A stretch of DNA of 64,000 nt from positions 28,768,001 through 28,832,000 of the forward strand of contig OX597819.1 of assembly GCA_951406725.2 (NCBI GenBank), in the 5' to 3' direction. A program made the position numbers and the translations under genes. The stretch's first letter is position 1, and every line of letters starts with the position of its first letter. Shown one piece after another: positions 13,230 through 25,612 of the stretch. The stretch is from Octopus vulgaris. Lineage: Eukaryota. The notes under the pieces are model-generated. The model made no database searches and was not told where the DNA came from. It saw only the letters and a program-made list of their open reading frames with translations.

Positions 13230-13850
13230 TTAACCAAAATATTTAATATAAACCTGATGGAATTCTCCAGACACCTTTTTAGCCCACCAGGTTGTGACAT
13301 TAGTAACTGACTTCATGTGGACTGAAAGTTCAGTGGAGTCAGTATATTTTCTGAGAATGTGTACTTTCAGATATTCAGCAGATTTACAGTTGTTTGATGT
13401 AAAATACTCAGCAACTTCCATTGAAGTTGTATTATTATGCCTCATGTCATACCTATGTCTATTAAATCTTTTGTTAAATTTTTCTCTTGTGCAACCAACA
13501 TAAATCAAGTTGTGCTTTGTGCATTCAGCTGTGTATACCAAATGGGATTCATTACAGATCCCACTTTCTGTATAAATCATAACATTTTGAACATCAGTGA
13601 CTAAAGGCATTTAAATCACCGCATGGTCATGAACCAATACTCTGTTTATGGTTCATTGATGACTTTTTTTTTGTTTGTTTGTTTGGGAAGAAATGCCAGA
13701 TAGACATGTAAAGTTTTTGTATTTCTGTGATAGCTTCACACAAAACTACTGCTTTAAGTCCAACATAAAATTCTTGTCAAGCTTTTCAAAAACTAGCATA
13801 AATTTTTAGGGATACAAAAGTCAAGTTTTTAGAAGGCTGCATAATGATAG
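13230..13850 (-). mobile_element. Penelope-like element remnant (GIY-YIG endonuclease)
   Basis: ORF 13230-13610 reads CNESHLVYTAECTKHNLIYVGCTREKFNKRFNRHRYDM...VAEYF, the VY...C...YVG.T...RF..H pattern of PLE endonucleases. Confidence 0.8.
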
Positions 13851-13976
13851 AGTTATTTTGCAAACCCTCATCATTTGACATTCATCTTAATTGCTGCTCC
13901 GATCACCCACTCATTTACAACTATCACATGACATCAAGACAAGGAGACACCAACAACCATACATATACATATACAT

Positions 13977-14290
13977 CAGGGGTTCTCAACCATTTTTCAT
14001 CTATGGATCTCTTTGATTACTATTTTATTCTGGTGGACCTCCACAGCCATTCTATTTTTAAAAACTAGTTTTATAGAAACTTCTTTCAAAATTTCCATTT
14101 TGTTTTGCACATATTAACTTGTGTAGATTGGATAAACGAAAATTAGAGAAAGAAACTTAGTTGTTTCTTGCTATACATACCAATATATACATCTGAAGCA
14201 ATATATTTTCAGGGGCCCTTAAGATACTATTGCAAACCTCAATTTAATATATTTTGCTGTGTGGACCTCCCAAAAATCTTATGTGAACCA
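13977..14290. mobile_element. hAT/Charlie-like MITE, degenerate
   Basis: Starts CAGGGGTTCTCAACC with internal repeated TGGACC motifs; the right end is unclear. Confidence 0.5.
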
Positions 14291-14763
14291 TATGTATATG
14301 TGTGTGCATATGAAAAATACAATATTTATGATTGAAAATTGTATTTATTTCACATTTTTAAAGACATTTCAATTTTTTCTCTTCTGTTACAATATCTCCA
14401 ACATTTTCAGGACAATAGATTGGTGGAATCATTAGAGCAAGAACTAAAATGCCTTGCAGTATTTAGTGTTGTTCCTCTACATTCTGAGTTCAAATCTCAG
14501 GCTTACTGTGATAGTTGCATTGGGTTGCTGATTTTGGTATCCTGATATGTATATATATATATATATATATATGTATATAGAACTCCCAAGGAAAATTTCG
14601 TGCAACCATGTTGAAATCATGAGATGAGAGATGGATGAGCTGGTAGCCACAAAAGGGGTGACACCACTATACATGTGGGGGATGGTGCTAGGAACTGTAC
14701 AGCATGGCCCTCAGAAGTGAGCTGTGTAACTTGCAGTAACGAGCATTCAATATATTTTCTAAA

Positions 14764-15130
14764 TGACTGAAACACAACATATGCTAATGAGGATGACAGG
14801 TGGAAAACATTTAAACATGAACAACTTGGCAGAAGCTAATGCCTGGCTGATACAGTTCGAAGCAAAAACTGAATGCGATGATGTTGAAGATGTCAAAAAG
14901 TAGCCAACATTTCTTTCTACTTGTGGAGTTGAAGCCATAATGATGTTCTTTTCCCAGTAAGTTTTCAGAATGCAACATACCAACAAATAATGAATGTGTT
15001 GTAGCAACTAATAAAGCCAAAGGAGAGACTGTTAATTGTGGACAGATTAAAATTATCAGAACTAAAGCAACTAGAAGATGAGTCAATCAATGACCTGGAA
15101 ACGAAAATCAGAAAAAAATTAGTGCTATGG
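14764..15130 (+). mobile_element. Ty3/gypsy gag relic
   Basis: Reads AWLIQFEAKTECDDVEDVKK*PTFLSTCGVEA / ATYQQIMNVL*QLIKPKERLLIVDRLKLSELKQLEDESINDLETKIR, matching the gypsy Gag pattern (LxQxxxES). Confidence 0.6.
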
Positions 15131-15216
15131 GTGTAAAAATATGTGTAGGAAACGAATATAAAAAAAAAATGCATGCAAAGCATGGGAAGGTGGGGAGAGG
15201 ACCTCAGAAAATTCAT

Positions 15217-15487
15217 AAGATCCGAGTTTTTTCCCTATAACTTAGAAAAATGGGATTTTTTCAATGAAATTTTATAGAAATACCTTTCAAATGACATACT
15301 TTACGATTATAAAAAAATTTGTGGGAAAAATCTTTAACATGAAATAACTTCCTAAATGTAAGCTTTTCTCCAAAATGTTAAGAGTAAAAGATGTTTTATA
15401 TGACACATTCTACCAGTGTCCAAAGTTTGAAAGTGTTTAGTTACAAAAAATTATTTTTTAAATCTGTTGGTCAAAAGGTAAAGATCC
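15217..15487. mobile_element. Fragment of a Merlin-like MITE subfamily
   Basis: Contains CACATTCTACCAGT..AAAGTTT and ends AAAGATCC, like the end of 50452-51128. Confidence 0.5.
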
Positions 15488-16147
15488 TATTTTCTAAGTG
15501 AGTGAAACACAACACTTTCCTTTTACTATACTGCTATAGATAAAATAAAGTACCAATCAAGCACTAGTGCTGATATAACCAGTTCCAGTACCAGTGATAT
15601 AATCATAAGCTACGAATCAATATTTTTAGTGTTCTTAACATGAGAACCAAAAATAAATTGTAGAATAGAAAGAGAAAGCAAGACTTAATAAAACAGTGGA
15701 CAATAGATGGTTTTGTAGATTTAATCAAATAAAGACAATTATATTTTACAAATCAAAATTTAATAATATACTTTAATAAAAAAAAAAAATATATATAATT
15801 AGTAGTTATAGGAACTTTCAGTGCTTTCATATAGGTTTTACTTACTAAATCCATAACATAATAAAAAGAGAACTGGTTAGCTTATTTAATTATATACATG
15901 TATATTATTTATTGATGTTTTATAGTTTTATGAATGTACAGACAAAGAGTGCAAAGACAGATTGTGTATGTCTCTGTGTGTGTGTGTGTGTGTGCATGCA
16001 TGTATGTGAGAGAGTGCAATGTGTGTGTGCATGTATGTATAAAATTGTTAATAGTGACTCTTCATTTCGAGGTTTCTCCATTAAAAGTGGCTTCTCAATG
16101 TTTTGAGAAGCTTGTTTAATAACAAAACTTTAAAGTAAACAGTTTCT

Positions 16148-16206
<59 letters not shown>

Positions 16207-16364
16207 TAATAACAATAATAACAATAACAATAATAATGATAATAAAAATGCTTTCTCCATTTATCATTTAGGGCTTATGGAAATAATCCTCTTCTACTAT
16301 AAGGCCTGAAATTTTGGGGGAAGAGGGCTAGTCACTTACACCAATCAGAGTGCATTGACTTGTA

Positions 16365-16779
16365 GGATCTTTTCGGTTTGAACAGCAGTTTTTAGCATAA
16401 TTCCTAGGTAACTAAAAAATGTTAAACTTCGTATACTGGTAGAATGTGTTTATAAAGTATCTTTTTCTCTTGGCTTTATTGAGAAAGGTCTATAGTTTGT
16501 AAGATATTTGTTGTTTTTTTCTTCAATTTCTGCAATTTCAACCAATCAGTACCATCTATTGAGTTAAAAAGCATTCTGTGCCGTATGAATATGTCCCTCG
16601 TTTAAGAAACAGATTGGGTTTATTTACATTTGTGATGAAAAAAAGATACCCTTCCCCCACCCCTAACCCTAACCCTAAAAGAGATTGAAATGCAATAGAT
16701 TGATACTAGGGTCATAATTATGGTTGACAATTTCATATGACACCGCTAGAAAAAACTGCCGTTCAAACCGTAAAGATTC
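16365..16779. mobile_element. Merlin-like MITE with (CCCTAA)n, inserted into a SINE
   Basis: Same TIRs as 5956-6387, with a perfect 8-bp TSD GACTTGTA on both sides. Confidence 0.9.
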
Positions 16780-16898
16780 GACTTGTACTTATTTTGTCAG
16801 CACTGAAAGGAAAAAAGGCAAAGTTGACCCCAGTAGAATTTGAACTCAGAAAGTAAAGACAGATGAAATGTTGCTAAATATTTTGTCTGTCATGCTAA

Positions 16899-16960
<62 letters not shown>

Positions 16961-16961
<1 letters not shown>

Positions 16962-17515
16962 GCCCTGATGCAGTACCAGGCAGTGGCTCTCATGGCTTCT
17001 GATCTTAACTGATTGGAAGTGTTATCATGTACATTGTTTTGTCTTAGTATAAAAGATGGGCTACAGCAAATATTCTGCTCAATACCACAGATTTGCTTGT
17101 CAGTTGTTTGACCTTAACCAGTTGAACATGTCCCTTAGTGGCTGACGATATGTGCATCTCTGATCATGAGCAGAAGTAGTGGGGGAGCATCATAGCCATG
17201 TGTTGAGAGGGATTCTTTGGGGTTTGAATAGTTCACCTCTGGAAACATGGGTGGTTCTTTCAACATCCTTAAACAACTCTTATTCAGGGACCGTTTGAGC
17301 GGGATGGGCTACTCAACCTGAAGAAAATTCTAACTGGGCCCCACCTGCAAGGTCATGTGCCATTTATCTTGATATGAGATCACCATGTCGCGCACATATG
17401 GTTGTGATGCATGTGCCTGGTGTACCTTTATCAGATGGGTAGTCATGATGGGTATATTGGGCTTCGTATATTTTACCCCAGTGTCACTTTGATGGCATGA
17501 ACTGCTCTCTCACTC
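16961..17515. mobile_element. Non-coding element of about 555 bp embedded in (AAT)n on both sides
   Basis: Complex, GC-richer sequence with sharp boundaries against AAT arrays. No ORF. Confidence 0.55.
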
Positions 17516-17548
<33 letters not shown>

Positions 17549-17549
17549 T

Positions 17550-18100
17550 TCATTTATTTGCCACAAGGGTGAAGGATGAAGGGAGACAATACAGAGACAG
17601 ACATAAAATGTGGGAGTTTACATATAATAATGAAATGATAAAAAAAGGAAGTATACACGGTATGCACTGAAAAAGAAGGAACATATGCATTGCATACAAA
17701 GGTAAAAAAAAGTTTTTAATGAAAAAGAGGGGGGTGATAGAGATATGGTCCCTCCTTATATAGGAACACCTCTAGGGATAATTGAAGAACTCCATTGTCT
17801 GAGAATTCCCTGAAACTCTAGGAGCAAGTGTCCTCTTCAGTTCCTTCACTCTGACTCACATGTCTACACTTAGAGAGGTACCATCCACTTGCTATTTCCA
17901 CAACTTTCATCCACCTTTCAATAAACTCACGAAGACAGCACTTCCTTCTCCACTGACAATTTCCTTTTCAAGTGAAACTTGAAAAGTCAATGAAAGCTCT
18001 ACCAAAGTGGAATGTATCTAGCCTCATGCCTTTCAGCCTTGTCCACCAAACAACCTCTTTCACCACAGCCACCAGGAAAAGGTAAAAACTGCCTTGCCTG
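17550..18100 (-). mobile_element. L1/Tx1-like LINE 3' end
   Basis: Reads LVAVVKEVVWWTRLKG ... EFIERWMKV, resembling the L1/Tx1 ORF2 C-terminus (K..IW..R), followed by a pyrimidine-rich 3' UTR on the minus strand. Confidence 0.5.
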
Positions 18101-18240
18101 AATAATAATAACAATGATTTCAAATTTTTCCACAAGGGCAGCCATTTTGAGGGCAGGGATATATCGATTACATCAACCCCAGTGTTCAACTGATACTTAC
18201 TTTGTATACCCCGAAAGGATGAAAGCCAAAGTTGACCTGA

Positions 18241-18660
18241 GTGGAAAAGAAAAAAAAATGCTTTCTAATTGATGTATCAATACTGGCAGATGACAATGTG
18301 TCTCTAAAAGAAATGGAGAAACTCTCAAAATACAAAGACCTGGAAATAGAGGTAGCCAGAATGTGGAACCTAAAAACAGAAACAATTCCTATCATAGTAG
18401 GTGCATTAGGTATGATAAAAAAATATTCAGACAAATACATAACAAAAACACAAGGACTTACAAACACATATAACATACAGAAAATTGCACTACTAGGCAC
18501 TGCACACATCCTACGCAGAACACTTTCCATACAATAACCATCAGAGCATCACAACAAATCACAGCACATACCCAAGGCACACAGAGCTGCGCTCGGTAGT
18601 GAAGTGAAAGCACGCTATAAAAATAAAACTACTGAATGATAATAATAATAATAATAATAT
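18241..18660 (+). mobile_element. R4/Dong-type LINE 3' end (RLE endonuclease)
   Basis: ORF CFLIDVSILADDNVSLKEMEKLSKYKDLEIEVARMW...PIIVGALG...IQKIALLGTAHILRRTL, then a 3' UTR and (TAA)n. Confidence 0.9.
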
Positions 18661-18935
18661 CATCATCATCATCATCATCGTTTAGCATCCGTTTTCCATG
18701 CTAGCATGGGTTGGACGGTTCAACTGGGGTCTGGGAAGCCAGAAGGCTGCACCAGGCCCAGTTTGATCTGGCAATGTTTCTACGGCTGGATGCCCTTCCT
18801 AACGCCAACCACTCCATGAGTGTAGTGGGTGCTTTTTACGTGCCACCGGCACAGGTGCCAGACGAGTCTGGCAAACGGCCACGATCGGATGGTGCTTTTT
18901 ATGTGCCACCAGCACGGGGGCCAGGCGAGGCTGGC
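18661..18935 (-). mobile_element. RTE-tailed SINE-like repeat
   Basis: (CAT)n followed by TTTCCATGCTAGCATGGGTTGGACGG...GGCTGGATGCCCTTCCTAACGCCAACC. Confidence 0.8.
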
Positions 18936-18967
<32 letters not shown>

Positions 18968-18969
18968 GT

Positions 18970-19430
18970 AAGATGTCACCTTAGTCTGCTGGCTGTGGAC
19001 AGCTGATGCATTCCATCATACCCAACAAAATAAGCTGAGAGTGTTCATATAATAATAATTATAATGGTAATAAAGGAAAATTATAGGATGCTATGGGATT
19101 TCCCTATAAAGACTAACCATGCTACTGAAGCAAGAAAACCAGACATGATTGTAGAAGAGAAAATAAACAAACTGTAAGATTATAGACTTTGCAATTCCTA
19201 TAACAGAATTAATTCCAAAGAAATTAGATAAAAAATGGAGAAACATCATGATTTAGCTGGAGAGCTGAAGAAACAGCGGAAAACTAAGACCACAATTATT
19301 CCTGTGGTGATTGGTGCACTTTGCATGACACCCAAAATGCTACCTAAAAGACTGAAGGAGACTGGGAATAAAACTCACAATGTTGATTTGAAGAAAAGTA
19401 CCATTCTATAGTCAAGCTCATAACTTCAAA
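18970..19430 (+). mobile_element. Further R4/Dong-type 3' fragments
   Basis: 18970-19048 repeats the 3' UTR at 3210-3285. 19075-19430 gives degenerate RLE (PDMIV..IDFAIP..IPVVIGAL). Confidence 0.65.
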
Positions 19431-19976
19431 GTCAATAAAATAGGTACTACAACAGACTCTTCCCACTAAAACTGGTTTTTTTTTTTTATTATATAAAATG
19501 GTACAGATGGAAACAATGGTAACATATCAACCTCTACACTTCATGGTACTTGGTTCTGTGTTGAGTTATTCTTTACATTAGGCTAAAATCACACTAATAC
19601 TAGAGAATATGTTGTACTATTTGAAGTCAGACTGATATGATGATAGTCTCTCATAGTCCAAGAAAGATGGTTCTACGATTTCTTGCCAAATAATCTTCAC
19701 AAATGATTTCCTTACAGTAATCAAATGCATGTGCCATGCATTAGCTCCCTCCCTACATCAAAGCGACATTGCTTGAACAGGTGCATGGTGTGTCCCATGT
19801 CAGGTGTCAAAGTGATTACAGACAACATGAAATGAAGTATCTTGCTCAAGAACACAATGCACCAACTGGTCCAGGAACTGAAACCACGATCATGTGATTG
19901 TGAGTGCAACACCCTAACCACAAGACCAAGTGCCCCCTGCAGTCATAATAATTTAGATACACCTAACACATCATCA

Positions 19977-20276
19977 TATTTCGTTTTTGGATTTGGTTTG
20001 CAAGATTCTTTATGAAAGTTTGTGTGTTGAAGCATATTCTGTTGTGTCTGGGGAGAGTAATTTTTTTTTGTGCCTTAATTAACACACTCACCGGTAAAAT
20101 TTCCACTTATTTCTTATTTTTATTTTCCTAAAATTTTCATTGCGTCTTGCAACCTTTTCAATATTCTTGAAAAGTTGCAACGAAAATTTTACAAAAATAA
20201 TAAGAAATAAGTGGAAATATTACCGGTGAGTGCGTTAAATTATAAAAGATAATGACTCTCCCCAGACACAACAGAA
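19977..20276. mobile_element. Fold-back (palindromic) insertion flanked by a 13-bp direct repeat
   Basis: Arms at about 20035-20160 and 20168-20278 are reverse complements. TAACACATCATCA occurs at 19964-19976 and 20277-20289. Confidence 0.75.
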
Positions 20277-20691
20277 TAACACATCATCAGTTTTACAGTT
20301 TTGCACAGTTTGCTCCTCTTGAAGTTATGTTGCATCACATTGGATCTGTGTGATCAGTGCTGTATGAGGTTATACAACAACAACAACGATGACTCACTGA
20401 GAAGCTTGATGAATGTGTTATGCACTTTCAATAGTTCTATTTTCATTGCGCTGTTCAATTATTAGCCATCTGGAACCAAAACACTTGATGGTAATTTCAG
20501 TAGTGTTGATTATAGTAGAAGAAGGGAATAATCAGAGACACAGTAAGCAGCAATGATTAAAATATTGGTGTGTACAATTATATTCATCACATTTGTACAC
20601 ATTCAGATTGGAGAAACATTTGCTGCAAACACTGTCTTCAGAAAGAAATTCTTGTTACTGATAATACATGTGTATACATATGTAAAACATA

Positions 20692-21258
20692 CGTAAAAGG
20701 CATGTAAAAGGCATGTAAAATGCACCATCCAAACGTGGCCGATGCCAGCGCCACCTTGACTGGCTTCCGTGCCGGTGGCACATAAAAAGCACCATCCAAA
20801 TGTGGCTGATGCCAGCGTCACCTTGACTGGCTTCTGTGCCAGTGGCATGTAAAAAGCACCATCTGAACGTGGCCGATGCCAGTGCTACCTTGACTGGCTT
20901 CCATGCCAGTGGCACGTAAAACGCACCATCCAAATGTGGCCGATGCTAGCGCTGCCTTGACTGGCTTCTGTGCCAGTGGCACATAAAAAGCACCATCCGA
21001 ACGTGGCCGATGCCAGAGCCGCCTTGACTGGCGTCTGTGCTGGTGGCACGTAAAGCGCACCAACCGATCGTGGCCGCTGCCAGCCTCTGGTAGCACGTAA
21101 AAAGCACTCACTAGACTCACGGAGCAGTTGGTGTTAGGAAGGGCATCCAGCTGTAGAAACACTGCCAGATCAGACTGGAGCCTGGTGCAGCCTCCTGGCT
21201 TCCCAGATCCCCAGTTGAACCGTCCAACCCATGCTAGCATGAAGAATGGACGTTAAAC

Positions 21259-21300
<42 letters not shown>
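20692..21300 (+). mobile_element. RTE-tailed SINE-like element with an internal 67-bp minisatellite (about 5.5 units)
   Basis: GCACCA recurs at 20722, 20789, 20856, 20923, 20990 and 21057 (period 67). Ends GGACGTTAAACGATGATGAT. Confidence 0.85.
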
Positions 21301-21899
21301 ACCACTGGGGTATGATTGATGTCAGTGGATTGTAGGATACATGTTTCTGGGTGTTATTAATAACAAGGATGAAGAGTAAAAAAAGTACTATTTTTCTATA
21401 ATTGAAGATTAAGATGGAAAATGGCAATACCCGCAAGAAAACTATTTAAAAAGCAAAGGAATCTGTTGCATATCTCACACTCAGTAAGCTTTCCTGCCTT
21501 TCAAATTACAGTTGGCTCTTCTGGATCCTTTTGTCAAGAAAATCTTTACCAACTTTGTAGACTCCCACAACACTTCAGCCAATATGGCTCCATATTTAGT
21601 ATACTGACAGAGAAAGGTTTCACATTTTTGGCCCATTTTGTAGATAAAACTCTTCTAAAATGTTTGTCCTACACTCCATTAGTCTTGCATCGCACCATGT
21701 AAATATGGATGCTAAAGTGCAGAAAGTCAATCCTCCACTTCATACCAACAGATCTACCAAGCCTCCTCTCTCCCACCTTCCCTTCCACCTCCTCCCTTTC
21801 TCTTCTCTCCTGCTCTTGCTCCTGAGATCAATTTTTATCAATTAAAACCTTCAAGACTGTGCCCCTGCATGGCTACTGTTCAATGACTGAAACAAGTGA

Positions 21900-22123
21900 A
21901 ATAATCCTTTCTGCTGTAGGTACAAGGCCAAAAGTCTTTTTGGTGGGAAGGGAGCTAGTCAATTAGATCAACCCCACTGCTCAACTAGTACTTATTTTAT
22001 TGACCCCGAAACGATGAAAGGTGAAGTTGATCTCGGCAGAATTTGAACTCAGAATGTAAAGACGGATGAAATGCTGTTAAGCATTTTGCCTGGTGTGCTA
22101 ATGATTCTGCCAGCTTGACACCT
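21900..22123 (-). mobile_element. tRNA-derived SINE family B
   Basis: Reverse complement of 29808-30038 motifs (GACCCCGAAA.GATGAAAGG, ATTTGAACTCAGAA, TCTGCCAGCT). Confidence 0.75.
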
Positions 22124-22539
22124 TAAACAAGTGAAATAATAAAAGAATAAAAGGAAGCAGATTTGTTTGCTCTCTTCCATTGCCCAAAATTGGCAACCTA
22201 CAAGAGAGGATTTCACTTTGGAAATGGAAAAAAAAAAGAGCAAAGTCTATAGAAAAAGGAATGAGATTATATACCCTCAATATTCCTGCATTTCCCAAGA
22301 ACATTAGTAACAAATGACATGGCAAAGTTTCAACTAGGAATTAAACTTTGTAATGTTTGACTTGGTTTCAGGGAACTTAGCTCTGAACTGTTACCCCATT
22401 ACATATTCTGGTGCTGCTGTCTTGAAATTAATGATCCCTTATTGATGGGTCTCTTACACATCACAACTTAATAAAACATACTAGAGGAATGGTTGGAGCA
22501 GTATAGTCTTGATATTCACTGTGGATTGGGAGAGTATCT

Positions 22540-22880
22540 GATCTCATAGTGATAATGATGATGACGGTGATGATGATGATGATGGTGGTGGTAGTGGAGC
22601 TTGTGAGAGTAGTGGTGATGGTGATAGTGATGGAGGTGGTGGGTGGGTGATAAGGATATTGGTTGTGTTGGATGGATGGTGATGGTGATGATGATGGTGA
22701 TGGCACTGGTAAGTGGATGATGCAATGATGATAGTGGTTGTGGTGGCAGTGGCAGTGAAGAAGACGTAGAGAAATAGAAGTATGTTGACCATAATTTTGA
22801 TTATAACGATAATGAGTTTCATGACGAGGAGGAAGTGCACATCATTGCGATAGCTGTGATGATAATGATAATGAAGTTTG
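22540..22880. repeat. Degenerate (GAT/GGT)n low-complexity tract
   Basis: Trinucleotide periodicity; produces spurious His/Ser/Ile ORFs. Confidence 0.85.
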
Positions 22881-23364
22881 TGTTGTGATATATAAGTGAC
22901 CTTCTGATAAAACAATTTTGACAAATATCCATAAAAAAAAAAATATGCTGATGAATGTATAAATTTCTAAAAGTGACATCCAAAACCCACCGGCACACCT
23001 CTCTCCTGACTCTCCCACCAACATAATCAGGTTTATTTATTGAAGTATTAACCTATACCGACCTCTTCTCACATACATCAGATTAGACACTTTATTGTAA
23101 AATATTGCTTCTTTGCGTTTTATTTTTCTATTCCATTTCCACATTTCTGACGCATCGATTGTCTATGGAGAAATGTAGATGCAGGTGTGGCTGTGTGGTA
23201 AGAAGTTTGCTTCCCAACCACATGGTTCCAGGTTCAGTCTCACTGCCTGGTACCTTGTGAGTGGATTTGGTAGATGAAAACTGTAAGAAGCCTATTGTAT
23301 ATATATTTGAATATGTATATATAAGGGTGTCTGTGTGTAGGCACATAAGCACGTGTGTATGTGT

Positions 23365-23400
<36 letters not shown>

Positions 23401-24434
23401 TACTATTGCTGACAGCATATGATAGTTGTAAATGAATGTTATCTAAGTAACCTTAAAAGAACCTTTTTAAGTAATGCTGACTCATAAGGGCTGGTTTCCC
23501 AGTTTCCATGGCATATAAATTCTCCACCTGGATGGGGAAGCAGTCTCACAGCAGGATTACTCCTTTTAGCCAGCTGAGTGGACTGGACCAACATGAAATG
23601 AAGTGTTTTGCTCAAGAACACAATAATTACCTGGTCTAGGAATCAAAACTACAATCTTACAATCAGGAGTAAAATATCCTAACCACAAAGCCACGAGTTC
23701 CACTGTTATCCAGCTGGTGTTCTCTTGTTTCCAGTTTCTGTGAGAACATGTCTGGCCACAAGGAAATATTACTTTGCTTGAAAACAGGTGAGGGTTGGCA
23801 ACAGGGAGGGCGTCCAACTGTAGACAACCCACCTCAACAAATTCCATCTAGCCCATTGTGGAGCATGGGAAAGTGGATGCTAAAACGATGTTGATGATGA
23901 TATATCTGTTTAGAAAGAAGTTACAACAGAGATCAGTAAACTAGTAAAGAACCTCAGCAGTTTCATGTTCTAATTCTACAGAAGCATATTCTTTTTGTAC
24001 GAAACCCGAAGAATGACTATAGATGACTGGTGCCCTTTCCAGTCAGAGAGCTAGGAACATTTTGGCAAGATTACTGTGATAGAATATATGGCCAAAAATT
24101 TTACAGTTTGAAGAAGGCATTGATGTTAAGGGCAGGGTAAACAGATGATATTAAAGAAAGACACAAAAGCTGCTCAGAACTTTTAGAAGTTGGTATATAT
24201 ATATCCTAGATCAACATTAACTGAACAGACCTGTGATCAAAAAGACATTTTTGCTTTGACTATTCATCTTAATTTTAGACATAGGCTAACATAATTCTTT
24301 ATGGATTACATAATTGTTTTATTTAAAGACAGTTCCTTGTGAGTTGAGGGAGATTTGGTTGTTATTTCCAGCAGATCAAGAGGCCACACAGAAAATCGCT
24401 CATTGACTGATATTATTTAGTAGTGATGTAGGAC

Positions 24435-24730
24435 CCTGACAAAGGGACAATGTGAGTGGGGTCGGCAGGTCAAAGTGTAATGGAGTCAGAGATTTACAGT
24501 GAGGAGATAATGTGGTAGAAATTAGAAGGTTATAGTGAAAAGAGTGTGATAGGAGTCAGGAGATTATGTAAGAAGGCTCAGAAAGTCACATTGAGGAGAT
24601 AATGTAATAGAGGCCAGAGAGTCACAATGAAGAGATAGCATGCTTGGGGGTCAGTGAGTCAAAGTGAAACAGTGTGATAGGGTTCAGAGAGTCACAGAAA
24701 GGAGACAGTGCAGAAGGGGTTAAGAGGCAG
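24435..24730. repeat. Degenerate purine-rich minisatellite, unit about 35 bp
   Basis: Recurrent GAGGAGATAATGT..AG..GTCAGAGAGTCACA units. Confidence 0.6.
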
Positions 24731-24879
24731 AAGAATTATTTTTATGGAGAACGATTTTCTTCCCTCATCATTAGTTTGTATTTGAAATTTGTTAATATTC
24801 ATAATTACATGTAATCACCAAATTCCCTCCTTTTTTTCTTGTTTATGAAATGGTTTAGTCTGAAGGAAAGGCCTTAACA

Positions 24880-25200
24880 GTCACAGACCCTACCTGAGAC
24901 TAGTAAGATTGGTGTCAATGATTGCATCTCTGGAATAGTTGTAGGAAAAATATGACAGAGAATTCCAGACATAGAACAGTCTGGGGAGGAAAGATTGGGC
25001 AGAATGATCACTGGATATTATAATGAGTAAGTCAAGCTGGTCTGGATGGAAGTGGAATGAGATCAGTTAGTACTGAGGAGCAGAAGCTGTTGTAGTAGTG
25101 GTAAAAAAAACAGGGAGTTGACAAAGCACATCTGTGGACCAAAAGTTAAAGTGAACTGGAAAGTGATCTCATGTCAACAAATCAGGTGGCTATTATCTTC
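24880..25200 (-). mobile_element. CR1/L2-like LINE 3' remnant
   Basis: Minus strand reads LVHRCALS..FFYHYYNSFCSSVLTDLIP...FPPQT, resembling the HRR..SL.LFY.YY..CS.EL motif. Confidence 0.55.
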
Positions 25201-25331
25201 TTTTTCGTTAGATACAAAGATATTGCAAGTACAGGATTAATAATAGACAGCAATACATGCAAAGAAATATAATCGTTTTGAAACTACAACATCAAGAAAA
25301 GCAGTATTGTTTACATATATATATATATATA

Positions 25332-25530
25332 GTTAATCCAAACCTGAAAACACAAAGAGAAAAAACAACAACGCGAGGACGTGGAACAAGTATAGTGTTA
25401 TTGGGCGCTCAAGAAAGGAAAGAAAGAAGGAGGATTTAACGTTTCGAGCAGAGCTCTTCGTCAGAAACATAGGAAAAGGAAAGATCCAAAGAAAGGAAGA
25501 CGGAGGAAAAATAATCACCAACGATACACG
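25332..25530 (-). mobile_element. Penelope-like pseudo-LTR or retrozyme-like 200-bp repeat abutting (TA)n
   Basis: Near-identical reverse complement of 60414-60610; contains a hammerhead core. Confidence 0.75.
25434..25468 (-). ncRNA. Minimal type I hammerhead ribozyme
   Basis: GUUU-CUGACGA-A-GAGC-UCU-GCUC-GAAA-CG-UU-AAAU: intact core, stem II, palindromic mini stem III (AACGUU), stem I. Confidence 0.75.
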
Positions 25531-25612
25531 TTATATCTTGAGATTGCTAGTAATAACAATACTCAAGATATAATACAGACTGGAGTTGTAGTGCTCCAAA
25601 TGAGCTATATTT

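Noticed and set aside
20700-21110. CRISPR-like array with palindromic repeats
   Set aside because: Whole 67-bp units repeat with no unique spacers, there are no cas genes, and it lies inside a eukaryotic SINE-like element.
21421-21702. 93-aa ORF as a gene
   Set aside because: No recognisable motif, weak donor site and no supporting context.
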